A model generated the notes under the pieces. That model did not search any database and was not told where the DNA came from. It worked only from the letters and a program-made list of their open reading frames with translations. Source: Eledone cirrhosa (lineage: Eukaryota). From it: a DNA stretch of 64,000 nt. Location: NCBI GenBank assembly GCA_964016885.1, contig OZ024742.1:61008001-61072000 (forward strand), written 5' to 3'. Positions 22,636-37,705 of this stretch are shown here, piece by piece (within the stretch, counting starts at the first letter, position 1; the number at the start of each line of letters is the position of its first letter). The position numbers and the translations under genes were made by a program.

Positions 22636-24863
22636 GGCTGCAATTATATGCAACACATCAAGAAATAACTTCAGTTTAATCCAAAATGATTGTAATGCTT
22701 TGTGATCTAATAGTGTCTGCGACCATACATGGTAATCAAATAAAAACATCCAAAACAAGAAAAAAAAAAATAAAATCTAAAAAACAGCAGAACATCAACA
22801 ACAGCAACAACCCCCAAAAAAAGAAAACAATCCGGCTGGGTTTCACAATATACTGTTTTTAGTTTTACACAGAAAAAATTTCACGCTATACTCGTTTGTA
22901 AAGTTCTAACGATTTGTAACATTCAAAACTTCACAAATAGATTTCCCATCACGATAAATAACGATTATCAGACGGACGCATTACTTAAAATTAATATTTC
23001 AACACCTGTTATTAAATCAGTTCGTAACCATAGGTCGATGGGATAAGTATGACAATTCACAAATATTTTCACAGATTTTTTTTTCTGTTATTTAAAAACG
23101 CTCTCATCATTTTAAAACACATTTTGCATGGTTCAAGATGGTGTTTTTAGATTTTTAAATGCACATGATTTGGGCTAATATTGTTTATCTGGAGAAAATA
23201 TATAAAATATTCAGTTAACTTTTATTATTTTTATTCTTATTGTTTACGTTCGGTTCATTGAATACTATCTCCTAACGCCATTTATAAGAATTTTTTTTAA
23301 TGTGTGCAAGGTGGAAAGAGAATAGCAGCAGCAGCAGTAGTATAGCAGCAGCAGTAGTAGTAGTAGTAGTAGTAGTAGTAATAGTAGTAGTAGTAAGAGG
23401 AGGAAGAGAAGGAGAAGAAGAAAAGGTTAATCATTATCGCGTGACTGTATATAAAGTACAAATTAATATTCTTTCCTCCTCAAATAAAAGAGAAAAATAA
23501 AGTAGTTATAAATTAAAATGCTTTTAATTATATATCTCTATATATTTCACAGATAAATTATTTCAATAGGTTCTATATCTGCTGTAAAAAGTGAATATTT
23601 TTTTGTTGTTATTTGTTTTTGTTACTGAAAGTAATTATCAATAATAGAATCACCTTTGCTACATTCTTTTTTGCTATTTCTTACGTGAGAAAGAAAAAAA
23701 TAAGAATAAGATTTTACTAAAATAAAGTCGTTCACAGGCGGGTGATATAGATTATACTTCCGATATGACTAACACAGTTATTCAGCGTAAATGCTTATAT
23801 TGAGCCATATACAATATGTATAATCTCACTATGAGTATTTCAAGCTCTGGTCATATCAGATTAAGAGCGGTGCATACATATATAACAAAATAATTATTCG
23901 TCATTAGACACGCTCACTTAAACCGAGATACTGAGTTATGAGAGTCATTAAGCTGACCCTTTTTTTTCAAAGCTTATTTCCTTATGGTGTAAGCTTGTTG
24001 GGTTGGTATTAATTAATAGGAGCTCTAAGACTGCGTAGCACAGAATTAATTCATATGTGATCCATATACAACAAGTTTATGTATAATAAACATACATTTA
24101 ATCTCGTTTTTAGTATTTTAAGCAGTTATTGTATCAGAACTACTCCAGGGTTGGAATATGAGCGATGTATTTCAGACTTAGTAATCATCATCAACGCTTC
24201 CTAACACTGTAATTTCAAAGTATAAAATGTTTCGATATAATCACATCTTAATATAGTCACAAAAGGACTAATTGTACGCTAGGGATACATCCGCCCACTA
24301 ACGCCACAGTGAAGGTAGTTTTCTCAGCAAGCCAGCTTGAATGTAAATATTACTAAAAGATTCCTCACCCGTCTTAACTGATGTCTGTAGACATTTACAA
24401 CGATGTCCTCAAACGTTAATCTAATCGAACCCTTTACCGGTTTGAGAAATGCTGCCACACTTGCCCCCGTGTCAACTTCATCGCTTAGGTCACAAGCCTG
24501 GGTGACATCGCCGGCAAAGTATACATTCACTGACCCTTTGGGCCAGTTGGCATTGAAACCTTCATCTTTCTCCTTACAGGACTACAATTATCCTCCACCA
24601 AACAGGAAGATCATTACATCTGAGGAAAAGCTCAGAGTGTTGGAATGGATAATATAGCGGATATGATTAGCTATTCTCTACGACAACACTTTCGCTATTT
24701 TCTTCACAGGAAGCCGCTGAGAGATACACCCCCCACACTAATCAAGTGTATAGGTATTTCCTCTTTCCGTACACCATCTTCCCTCTATAATCTTGATATT
24801 GCCAACGTATATCAGACCAACATATTGTATTTAGGTCAATATACTCCTGTTCATTTATTGATA

Positions 24864-25050
24864 CGGTGGATTGGCAGTATCGGTAGAGTGTCGGAAACCA
24901 TGCTTTGTAGCATAGAGTTACGGCCCTTTATGAACTGAGTTCAAATCCCGCCGAGGTTTACTTTGCCTTTCATCCTTACGGGGTCGATAAAATAAAGTAC
25001 CAGTAATACACTGGGATAATTGCTGGCCTTGTGCCAAAAATAGAAACAAT
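24864..25050 (+). mobile_element. tRNA-derived SINE
   Basis: Colinear with the copy at 19540; TSD-like tattgatac. Confidence 0.88.
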
Positions 25051-25214
25051 TAATATATTGATACTTCAATACATTTTCATATAAGGAAAATGAAAGAGCA
25101 GAAAGACAACACACTTAAATTATAATGCTACAAACGATAGATCTCATCTTAAAAACATCTGTATATAGTATAGATATATCTCCATAAATCTCCTGATGAC
25201 GCAATACAATATAC

Positions 25215-25246
<32 letters not shown>

Positions 25247-25250
25247 TTGT

Positions 25251-25288
<38 letters not shown>

Positions 25289-27014
25289 ATGTATATATAT
25301 ATATATATATAAACATATATATATATTAAGGCGCACGCACACACACATACACACTCATATAAATATGTGTGTGTGTGTGTGTACATATATATATAAATAA
25401 ATTTAAATTTTAATGAAATGATTTACTTTATTCAATGCATTAACTATTCATGAAAGAAATATCATTATATCTGACAAACAGTTATCCCTATATGGTATTG
25501 CGTTGAGATATATCATACATTTCAACGGTAGGGAACATAGATAGTTGTTTAATATACACATATATTTAAGCATACTCATATGGTTTAGAAGAACATTTTT
25601 CAGTCATATAAATGGTAACGACATCGATCCCATTATATTGAACCTTGGTCGTGTGCCAAATGCCTTATCCAGTAAGATTGACCAGTACATTGTTTATTGA
25701 AACCAAAAGGTAAAAGTAATTATGGTCAGTGATCGAGGTTCTAATGTCATAAAAGCTGACAGTCCATATTGATTATCGTTATCTATCTGTGAGGCGAGAA
25801 ACATTTAAGAGCTGATACGAACAATATATATTTTTCTATAAAAGAAATATTACATATCTAACACAGTACGTCTGGAGAAAAACAGATTAATGTACGCCAA
25901 TCTAATATACTGTGGTGTAGATTCATCATGTCGTAATAGTTAACGAGTCCGCTTCACAATTAATAGGTCCTCCCTTCATTCACGATCATAAATTCCAGGT
26001 TTCGATTCTTGAACATTGCATTGTATTCTTGAGCAAGACTCTTCATTTCACGTTACCTTTCATTGTAGGATGGGGACCATTATCATTAAATCCCTCGAGG
26101 AACTCCTCTGAGATTCAGTTTTGTAGGAAGCCCCATAAGAATGCATACGTCTGAGCTATACATTTTAATTTCATTCTTTTTAAAAACCTCTGACAATACT
26201 TCCAGCTTTCCATGCTGATACTAATATGTTAAAAATCGATAAAATCCTTGTAATCATCACCAGATAAAATGCTTTGCGGATATTTGCGCACTAAGTTGAA
26301 ATTCCGTCTGTCACAACTTTACCTTGTGTGTTAATATTCCCAAAGGGCGAGTATGAAATATAGCCTTGGTATTCTCGTGTCATTTCTGAGTCAATAAATG
26401 TGACTGTCCCACTCCTTTGACATCACCATAACATAAACACACACGCAAACACATAGAGGCAGAGAAAGACACAAGCACAACATAATACTGAAATTAAGAA
26501 AAAAAACTTGATTGAGAAATTTCAATATTCCTCGCAAAGTAAAATTTCTTCATTAAAAAATATAACCTCCAAGTAAAACAATTTTATCTTTTTATTGTGT
26601 AATTCGCCTTATTTCGTTTAGATTCCCCTCGTATTATTTTTGTTGTTATAAAAGTTACAAAAACAAATGAAGAAGCGTTGTAAAGCAATAATATACTAAT
26701 AAACCAAACTCATTATCTAGAAAAAAATTCTTTAATGTTTTAAAAGAGTTACCACTCATAAAATCTGAGAAATCAATAAAAACACTTGCTTGTACGATGA
26801 TTTTTTTCATTTTTTATTCTCTCGTTCGATTCTTAGCTAATCCCCATTAAAGTAATTTACATCTTTGTAACCTAATTACATGACATGTTTTAAAGATTGA
26901 ATCACATGTATCACGACGTTTCAAAATACACGCATACACAAACATACACCTCACACACACACACACACACACACTATCACACACACACACACACACATAC
27001 ACACACACACATGC

Positions 27015-27049
<35 letters not shown>

Positions 27050-27731
27050 TATATATATATACACACACACATACTTATAATATACACACATAATTGTGCA
27101 TGTGTGTACATCTACGGATATTCTTCTTTCCATGACAGAATTTTGTAACCTAGCTGAAGTTGGGGAAACCTCCTTCTTGTTCAACGGAAACGCATGCGGT
27201 AACACACCGAGCCATACTAATTTTAATAAGTGACCTTATGTATATTAGTATTGGCTTTCTTATTGTTTATTATTTATATATATATTAAATTGTATATAAT
27301 AACACAAATAGAAACTTGATTAATTTTAAAGTACATATTTGATCACATAAGGTCAAATGAAAACGCTTCTTTTAATTAATTTATAGACGAGGGCGATATG
27401 TTTTGAGAATGGTTAAGGTAATTTACAAAATGTCATGCATTGCCAAAACTATGCGTTCTGAGTTGAAACCTCACCAGTGTCTATAATGTACTAGGGAAGT
27501 TCTGGAGTCGGTTCACTCAAATTTAACTTCCCTTCAAACTTCTAGAGCTCTGCATAATGGAGACAGCAATATTTCTTAGGGTTTCTCTTGATTGACCACC
27601 GCTCATGGTCACATGAGGGCCTCTACAGAAGTTTACTTTGTTGCAAGCATCGGAATTGGTCTCCGATTTGAGAATAGTTTCCTTAGGCTTAAAAGACAAA
27701 AGAGCAAAAACATTTGTATGTATAAACATAC

Positions 27732-29497
27732 AAGGTAAACATTGATGCAATTCAATTCAAGCACTCAACGTAATTTTTCCACATAGGAGTGACAGAATAT
27801 ATATCGAATAAGAAAAAGCGAAGTAGTTTTAGATATTAAAGTCATTTAATGATAATGCTGTGATACATATTTCAATGACGACAGTGGCCACACGGTTCGG
27901 TGCGCCCAGTGCTGTGACATCATCAGACAGCTTCTTACATAATAAGGTTATGTTTCCGAGGCAATCCAAATTGAATCGACATGGGAACGGACAAAGTGTG
28001 TGCTCTTGAATTCTTCGCCCGTTCCTCTGTGAGCCCCAATTCACCCCCACCGGTCTGCGCAGGCACAAATCCGAAGGAATTTGACCATCAACTACCCCAA
28101 AGTTCTACGAAACTCGCCTAGGCAGGTCCCCCTCTCAACCAAACAATCTCCCCATCCAGGTCTGTAATATGACACAGTTGTAGTTTACTGCTAGCCACCC
28201 TGCCAGTGGCATTTGGCCGAAAGCTAGTGGGGTGGGAGAGTATGAGTTTCAATAGGTCTCAATACTATCCCTAAATTAAGCATGGACAGTAGAATTGACC
28301 ATCACCCACTAAGAGAATATATACTTATTTCTAGGTATTATGGTTTCACAGTGGAAATTATGATTGTGAATTAGAAATTAAAGCTAAAAATTAAAAATCA
28401 AAAATTAAAAAAAATTACAAGTTAAAATCTTGATTGAAGTAAGTAAAAAAATATATGTACATATAATAACTAATAAATAGGGAGATGTTTAAATTATAGT
28501 AAGAAGTTTTGAAAGGGGGATCAATATTACAGATATATTATCCATATATTGAACGATAGTACCGTACAGTAGAACGGAGGGTAAATTACAGTATAGTTAG
28601 GCAAATACATAGTTAATATCTCTATCACATGAATCAAAACAAAAAATACAAATTATAAAATACTAAAAAAATACAAAGAATACATAGATGCAAAATGAGA
28701 TAGGAGATATATATGTAAAGTGAGATAGGAGATATATATGAGAAACATATACGAGGAAGGTAAACTGTATGGAAATGAGGGTATAAGTGGTTAAGATGAA
28801 TGTCAATTTTGTTCATTTAAAGTGCATCTAAAAATGCGTTATCTGATAAAGCGAGGGGGCTTCTGTTCAAGGCCTCTGTGCAAATGCAATTTGCTGCAGG
28901 AAAATAGGGGTGTATCGTTGTTTGTAGTTCCGCGTATTTATCCTGTCGAAAGTTAGTTTATAATTTTATGTCCGTCCAGTATCAGGGATTTCCAGTGTGT
29001 GTAATCAATTCCCATGGTAGAGGGAATTTCCGGGTGTAGCTGATGGCTGTTTCCTCTCTTCTCCACTATATCGGTTACACCATAGAGCGCTCAATGTTTT
29101 TGGAGCTAAATTCTTAAGGTAAACATTGATGCAATTCAATTCCAGGACTCAACGTACTTTTTCCACATAGGAGTGACAGAGTATATATCGAATAAGAAAA
29201 AGCGAAGTTGTTTCAGATGTTAAAGTCCTTTAATGGTAATGCTGTGATACATATTTCAATGACGACAGTGGCCACACGGCTCGGTGCGCACAGTGTCGTG
29301 ACATCATCAGGCTGCTTCTTACATAATAAGGTTGTTTCCGAACATAACATTATTATGTAAGAAGCTGTCTGATGATGTCACGGCACTGTGCGCACCGAAC
29401 CGTGTGGCCACTGTCGTCATTGAAATATACATCACAGCATTATCATTAAAGAACTTTAACAGCTGAAACTACTTCGCTTTTTCTTATTCTATATATA
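27732..29497 (-). mobile_element. Non-coding PLE-like element: 228-bp HHR-bearing direct repeats plus a terminal inverted copy
   Basis: Direct repeats at 27732-27959 and 29116-29341, with an inverted copy at 29341-29497. Each contains CTGATGA, a long hairpin and GAAA. Confidence 0.7.
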
Positions 29498-29574
29498 TAC
29501 ATATAGATATGTTTATCCCGAGATCAATCGGGGCTAACCACAGTAAGTAAGGCTAACCATAGCAGAGCATAAAT

Positions 29575-29700
29575 ATTTAATATAGAAATGGCTTCTACAG
29601 GAATAGAACTGTTTCATTCGGGAGAAATGATCTGGCTTCCTACTGATTTCTCCTGAATGAAACAATTTTAGTCCTGTAGAAGCCATTTCTATATTAAATA
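29575..29700. repeat. Fold-back inverted repeat (~55-bp arms)
   Basis: tatttaatatagaaatggcttctacagga...gagaaat pairs with atttctc...tcctgtagaagccatttctatattaaata. Confidence 0.85.
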
Positions 29701-30342
29701 CATATATATATATATATATGTGTGTGTTTGTGTGTGTGTGTGGGGGGGGGGAGAGTATATGTGTGCATATTAATGAAGATATCCCACTGGTTCCGTCTGT
29801 CGAAATTGTAGTTGAGGAGGCATGCCTCTTTTGTCATGCAGTGGGTCTGTCCTCGAAGCAACGTATTTGTGACACGAACACATTAACTACACAATCAAAT
29901 ATATGAATGTGTTATATATATATATTTAATATCAAGAATGACTCATTCAACCGAAGTATACAAATATATATTTATATATATTTCTATTCCACTCTATTTT
30001 CTAAGCTGGAAATCCACATTAATATTTGCAAAATTATTTTTCATATATTTTAATATATTTCACTTAACATACAATTTTCCTCGTTTCACTTTCGCATTCA
30101 TTATACGTTCTGTTTCTTTTTCTTTTTCTTTTTGCTTTTACTTTACCAGAAATATTACACATAATGCTTCACTCAATATACTTTTTTCCACACAAGGTTA
30201 TATATGAATTTTTATTTATTAGAAAAATACAAAATATTGCTGTGATTTATTACTCGAATCTTTCATTACTGATCGATACGATACTAAACATTTAACTTTG
30301 GCTGATCGAATAAGTCAATATTTGGAATATTCTTACTATCGC

Positions 30343-32200
<1,858 letters not shown>

Positions 32201-33149
32201 AGATGAAATTTTTGGTTGGTTCATTTATCTCTGTCACCTAACATGTATAAATTAAACAGTGAACATGGATGGTATATGGCGATGGTATTTACAATAATGT
32301 GTATGCCCATGATGATAAGATGATTTGGAAGGAATAGGAGCGAGGAATGAAAGGGAGAGTAGGAGGTGGAAAATGAAGTGGAAAAGGTGGAAAATAGAGG
32401 ATGAATATGTGGATGAGAAAACATTTTATTATGAACACTGAAGATATCTAAAACCATTTCTGTTTAGCAGCTTTTCATTCACATCACTTTCATCAGCGAC
32501 AGCAGCATCAGCATGACCATTATCACTTTCATTATTATTCATTATTATCATCATCATTGCTGTCATCTTTATCATAGTTATCATCACCATAGTTTCTAAA
32601 ATATTTCTCTTGCTTAATTTCGCTTTGATATTTACCTTCCTTTACCTTTATTTGGAAAGCTTTTACACAATTTAATACACCCCCACCCCCTCCACCTACA
32701 CACACACATATCGTTATCTATCTATCTCTCTCTATATATATATAGAAATTAACAAATTAAAAAATAATAAAAAAAAATAATATTAAAAGATTAAATAATG
32801 AAAAATAATGAAAAATAATTAAAAAAATAGACTCTAAAACAGCTGCTATATTTTTAGCTGGTATTGCGTTTTTGACCGATGCTATATAGAATTTACTGGA
32901 GTGGGGGTACTGAGGCTATAAAAGCTGATGGGCTGCTTCAGGGTAAGCGTTACAGGAAAAAGGAAAAGGAAGAGGAGAGGGAGTGGAAGGCAGTGATTAA
33001 GGGAAAAAAGAAAAGAGATACATATACCTATGTATGCTGGGGTTTCCCCTATTTTGTTCGGCAAGTGGGGAAAAGAAGCATGTTATAGCCATTGTCTACC
33101 CACACGGATCATGAGGGGGTTTGAGGGCGAGGTAAGTCCCACGCAATCG

Positions 33150-34210
33150 GGGTTTACATGCGGTTACAAATTCGTCTTCATTGTTTAGGAGTGGGTCCTT
33201 CGTAAACAGCATTTGCATTGTTTCCTCCGAGCATAAGTTATACGGACGGCGTCCTCCCATGTAGGAGTTAGCCCTGGAAAGTAAGCTCCAAGTAAGATGG
33301 TTTGTGATATTATTATCATGGAGGTCCTAGATGTGGCCCTAAAGTGTAGTGGCATGTCGCCAGGCCGGGCTTCTGAACGTATGTCGGTGTTGGTAGAGCC
33401 GGGTCTTAAAGTCACAAGCGGTTAATCCGATATAGGCTTTGTTGGAGTTTTCCGTCCTCACGTTGCATTGGTAGATCACGTTACGTTCTCGGCATCATTT
33501 GTTGAGGAGGCACATGGATCTATCAGGGCAGTTACACCTCCTGGTCGGCTCTCCACTAATGTCTATGTTGTTTCTTCCATAGGAGTTGAGTTTCTTGTTG
33601 TTTGAGGAGGCGATGTTTTGTGCGAAGTTGGTTTGGTGCTGTAAGTGAGTTGGATAGTGTTTTTGTTGATTATGTTGTGGTAACGGTGTTGTGGTGGGAA
33701 TTGTTTTTCGAGAAGCATAAAGAAGATTTTCCCGATTGGTGTTACAAACTCGGCATTGTTGCGAGGGTTGAACCACGTTACGTGGCGTGAGCGGCGGCGT
33801 GGCCTGCTGGTTCCGCTAGGGGAAGCTGGGTAAAAGGCGATTTCCTTGAGGGCCTGGTTGTAATAAGGCTCATGTTCATCGAATATCTCCTCATTAGCGG
33901 GCAAAGGAGAAATGCGGAGGGAGATGTTTTTAACCAGGTTTTTGGTGATGTTTCTAGAATGGTTAGAGCGGCGGTGAATGTAGTGAAGGTTGTTGTTTGG
34001 TTTCCTGTATGGGTAGTACAGATCATTTTCGAGGTTGAGAGTAACGTCCAGGAAATTGACTCGGATTAGGGACGTCTGTAGGGTGATTTAAATTCCCAGT
34101 CTCGGAAGAAGTTGATTAGGTGTTTACGGACCCGATCCATACTACTGGCGTTGTACCCTTTGAGGGTAGGGAGCCCATCGTCGCGGTAAAATCCACCGCC
34201 GAATGCAGGA
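33150..34210 (-). mobile_element. Naiad-like Penelope element fragment (RT end, linker, start of GIY-YIG)
   Basis: GGFYRDDGL at ~34170-34200; EPYYNQALKE, VTWFNP, PIGKIFFMLLEKQFP, CNCPDRSMCLL, NVIYQC, AYIGLT. Confidence 0.82.
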
Positions 34211-34213
34211 AAC

Positions 34214-34251
<38 letters not shown>

Positions 34252-34815
34252 GTGCATTTCCTAGTAGTTAAATATTTAATATTATATATATTTGTGTTTC
34301 ATACATAAATAGGTGCTTTTATCTTCGACACATATTTTTTAGTCCTAATTTAAGCCCAAGATCAGCATATTTGGGGCAGGCGCAATATTGTGTGAGCCAA
34401 CCCGTGTACTTCACTGGTACTCTAGTATATCAATCACGAAAGGGTGAAAGGTAAAGTTGAACTTGGCGATATATGAATTCACAATGGAAAGATCCAGTAC
34501 AAATACCACGATGGTATTCTATCTGATGCTCTACCAATTTTGACAATATGCCACCTTTGTAACGACAATATTATTGCGGGATGATGGTAAATACGGCGAA
34601 GGTTATGATGATGAGGAAGATGGAGAAATGGAGGAGTGGTAAGAGGAATATATAGTCAAAGAGCGGAAAGTGGAATAGGAGGGAATAGGAATAGGGGATG
34701 GTAGTGAGGAGTGAGATAAATGGAATAGGAAGTAGAAGGGGACATGGAGAAGGCATATGAGGATTTACCACAATCACATATAGTTTCCTATTTCTTCAAC
34801 ATTATCATCATCATC

Positions 34816-35028
34816 GGGGCGGTGTATTGGCAGTATCAAAGGGCGGTGTATTGGCAGTATCGGTAGAGGGTCAGACGCCGTGCTTTGCAGCAAAGAGTTA
34901 CGGCCCTTTATGGTCTGAGTTCAAATCCCGCCGAGGTTAACTTTGCCTTTCATCCCTACGGGGTCGATAAAATAAAGTACCAGTAATACACTGGGATAAT
35001 TTCTGGCCTTGTGCCAAAAGTAGAAACA
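34816..35028 (+). mobile_element. tRNA-derived SINE with duplicated 5' head
   Basis: gggcggtgtattggcagtatc occurs at 34817 and 34841. 15-bp TSD attatcatcatcatc at 34801 and 35029. Confidence 0.9.
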
Positions 35029-35066
35029 ATTATCATCATCATCAACATGAGCATTCTTCATATATA

Positions 35067-35232
35067 GTTTCAACTTTGGGCACAGGGCCAGCAATTACCC
35101 CAGTGGATTACTGGTGTTTTATTAAATCGACCTCGTAAGGATGAAAGGCAAAGTGAACCTCAGCGGAATTTGAACTTAGAATGCAATGTCCCGTAACTCT
35201 ATGCTGCATATATACCGTTACTGCCAATCCAA
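35067..35232 (-). mobile_element. tRNA-derived SINE, antisense
   Basis: Reverse complement of the family sequence (tactgccaatcc, ggaatttgaact, ggatgaaaggcaaagt). Confidence 0.85.
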
Positions 35233-35836
35233 TATACACACATATGTATATGCGCGTACGTGTCTTTATGTTTGGGTGTATCTGTGCATAAATGTATGTA
35301 TGTTACACTTCAAGTGAACTACATAGTTTTAACTGAACCCACCAATTATTTATTCTTACATTTTCAAACAACACATTCGAATTTTGCCCGTCGCTACTTA
35401 ATTTATGTTGCTATTTTTCTGCTTTGTTTCAATTCCCCAATGGAATTTTACACGTATAAAATGCTTGTAGCCATATTTCACTGATAGTTACTATTTACGT
35501 AGCAGACCAAATACAAAAATTTGATAATGTTTTCTTAAACACAATTTAGTACCGATATATATTTCGGCGGTTTGTAAATTGAGAATTTACATTAAATAAT
35601 TTCTAGTATGATATCCTTATAATAAATTTAAACATTGTTAAATTCAAAAGGACTGTCAAGTTTTAATGTTTTTCTTGAATTTTTTTCATTGGTGTAGCCG
35701 ACGTTATTGTTTTCAACTTTTAGAATACTCGGGATAACTATTGAATTAAAAGCGATCAATAAATGTCTGAAAAGAAAGCAATATGTCAAAAAATTATATT
35801 TCAGAGAGAATAATTAGTTCTAAATGTAGTGGAACA

Positions 35837-35873
<37 letters not shown>

Positions 35874-35882
<9 letters not shown>

Positions 35883-36304
35883 TAAAAAAATAATGAATAA
35901 AACAATGAAACAGTTCCTTATATTAAACAAAAAAAGTTCATTATTTAACGATCGTTTCTAGGATATATATGTGTTAGAATTGGCATGCATATTCAACAGA
36001 TCTATGTACAAAATTATACAAAATTATACAAACTATCAAAATTAAATATACATACCAAACACATATATATGCCGTCTTCAGAAATAATGATTATTTCTGA
36101 AGACGGCATATATATGTGTTTGGTATGTATATTTAATTTTGATAGTTTGTATAATTTTGTATAATTTTGTACATAGATCTGTTGAATATGCATGCCAATT
36201 CTAACACATATATATCCTAGAAACGATCGTTAAATAATGAACTTTTTTTGTTTAATATAAGGAACTGTTTCATTGTTTTATTCATTATTTTTTTAATATT
36301 TTAT
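35874..36304. repeat. Perfect 431-bp palindrome (215-bp arms, 1-nt centre at 36089) containing a hammerhead-like motif
   Basis: The arms read as exact reverse complements. On the plus strand: attattt-CTGAAGA(36097)...GAAA(36220)-cgatcg-TT-aaataat. Confidence 0.9.
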
Positions 36305-36435
36305 CTTGACTCTGTATTCCGTTTATCTTTCACCGAAAGTGATTTTTCATTGCATCTCTTCTTTCCATGATATCCGGATTACATTGAGTTCTTCATACGG
36401 ATTGGACACTACCGTAAACTCGTGGTAGATTTATC

Positions 36436-36480
<45 letters not shown>

Positions 36481-36484
<4 letters not shown>

Positions 36485-36881
36485 CAAGAAAGAAGGGTGA
36501 CATGGTTCGCTATACAATAAGGGCGTTATTCACATTGCTGACAATTGTTTCTTTGATCTGGTAGGTCTAGGGTTCGCTACCTGCCTGATTTTGCGTCAAT
36601 CGATCTCCAGTACTTTCTTTATAACCAGTCGTTTTCATCAGATCACGCGAAAGTGAAGAAGATACACACGGCATAGCTTTTATATAGGAGTGGTATAAAA
36701 CCAGAACAATAATATCAATAATAATATAACATAACTAGATAGTTAAAATAATAACATTTGATGAAAACGAGTGGTTATAAACAAAGTATACTCTAGACCT
36801 ACCAGATCAAAGAAACATTGTCAGCAATGTGAATTAAGCCCTTATTGTATAGCGAAGCATGTCACTCTTCTTTCTTGAATT
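36481..36881. repeat. Fold-back inverted repeat of a PLE-type pseudo-LTR with HHR-like motif
   Basis: Arms at 36481-36641 and 36758-36881; (C/T)TGATGA...GAAA-ca(a)ttg-TC in both arms. Flanked by (TA)n. Confidence 0.78.
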
Positions 36882-37026
36882 ATTATTACTCCAAGTATAA
36901 ACTACATAGAAATCACCGCGAACTCGTTGAGTCAAACTAAGCCACATTTTAATACTATCCACTACACAGAGTACTCTAACTGGATTACATCTAAGTGGAC
37001 TACCTATAACGATAACCTATTATCCC

Positions 37027-37067
<41 letters not shown>

Positions 37068-37198
37068 CATAAATTAACGGAGCCATAGTCTCTCGTTATT
37101 CCCTGTCAATAATGTGCTCAAAGGAAAAGGAATCCTGAGAGCTTTAAAATACAATATGTTGAAAAGGTAACACACTAGAGAGAGAGTGTGCCATACAT

Positions 37199-37268
<70 letters not shown>

Positions 37269-37271
<3 letters not shown>

Positions 37272-37390
37272 GGAAAAGAGTCAGGACCCCGACGGCTGAG
37301 CTGCGGCCGTTTCGACAGCTAGATCCTAGTTCGGATCTAGCTGTCGAAACGGCTGGAGATCAGCCGTCGGGGTCCTGACTCTTTTCCTAT
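37269..37390. repeat. Fold-back hairpin, 58-bp arms, 6-nt loop
   Basis: ataggaaaagagtcaggaccccgacggctga...agatcc / tagttc / ggatct...tcagccgtcggggtcctgactcttttcctat. Confidence 0.88.
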
Positions 37391-37666
37391 TACCCATTCT
37401 ACTACCCTAAGCATTGAGTACTCTGATGCGATATGATCCACCTGGTATGTTACCACACCCTCATTGTTATATATATATACATAGATATCTCTTTTTACGC
37501 TAAATTCAGCCAGCTGCAGACTGCGAATTAACATGTGATATCTCTCTCCTCAAAGTTCGATCACCAGTACCAGGGTTCAAAGAGCAAAGACCAATTTCAG
37601 TCCATGAATTGACATTGTCAAGCCATCGTTTTGTTTGCGTATCTGTCTCAGTGAGCTGCTTACCAT

Positions 37667-37705
<39 letters not shown>

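Noticed and set aside
24270-24830. Possible old RTE-like LINE remnant on the minus strand
   Set aside because: Only a vague resemblance (VYFAGDVTQACDLSDEV); no diagnostic motif is intact.
25194-25512. Possible hammerhead split by microsatellites (CTGATGA-cgcaatac ... gtattgcgtt-GAGA-tata)
   Set aside because: GAAA is mutated, stem I does not pair and the halves are ~300 nt apart, so it is too weak to call.
33490-33500. In-frame TGA in a Naiad-like zinc-finger region as possible selenocysteine (some Naiads encode selenoproteins)
   Set aside because: The TGA falls at the variable position before the conserved Cys (CLLNK*C). The equivalent stop in the 12420 copy is TAA, and the copies carry other disabling mutations.
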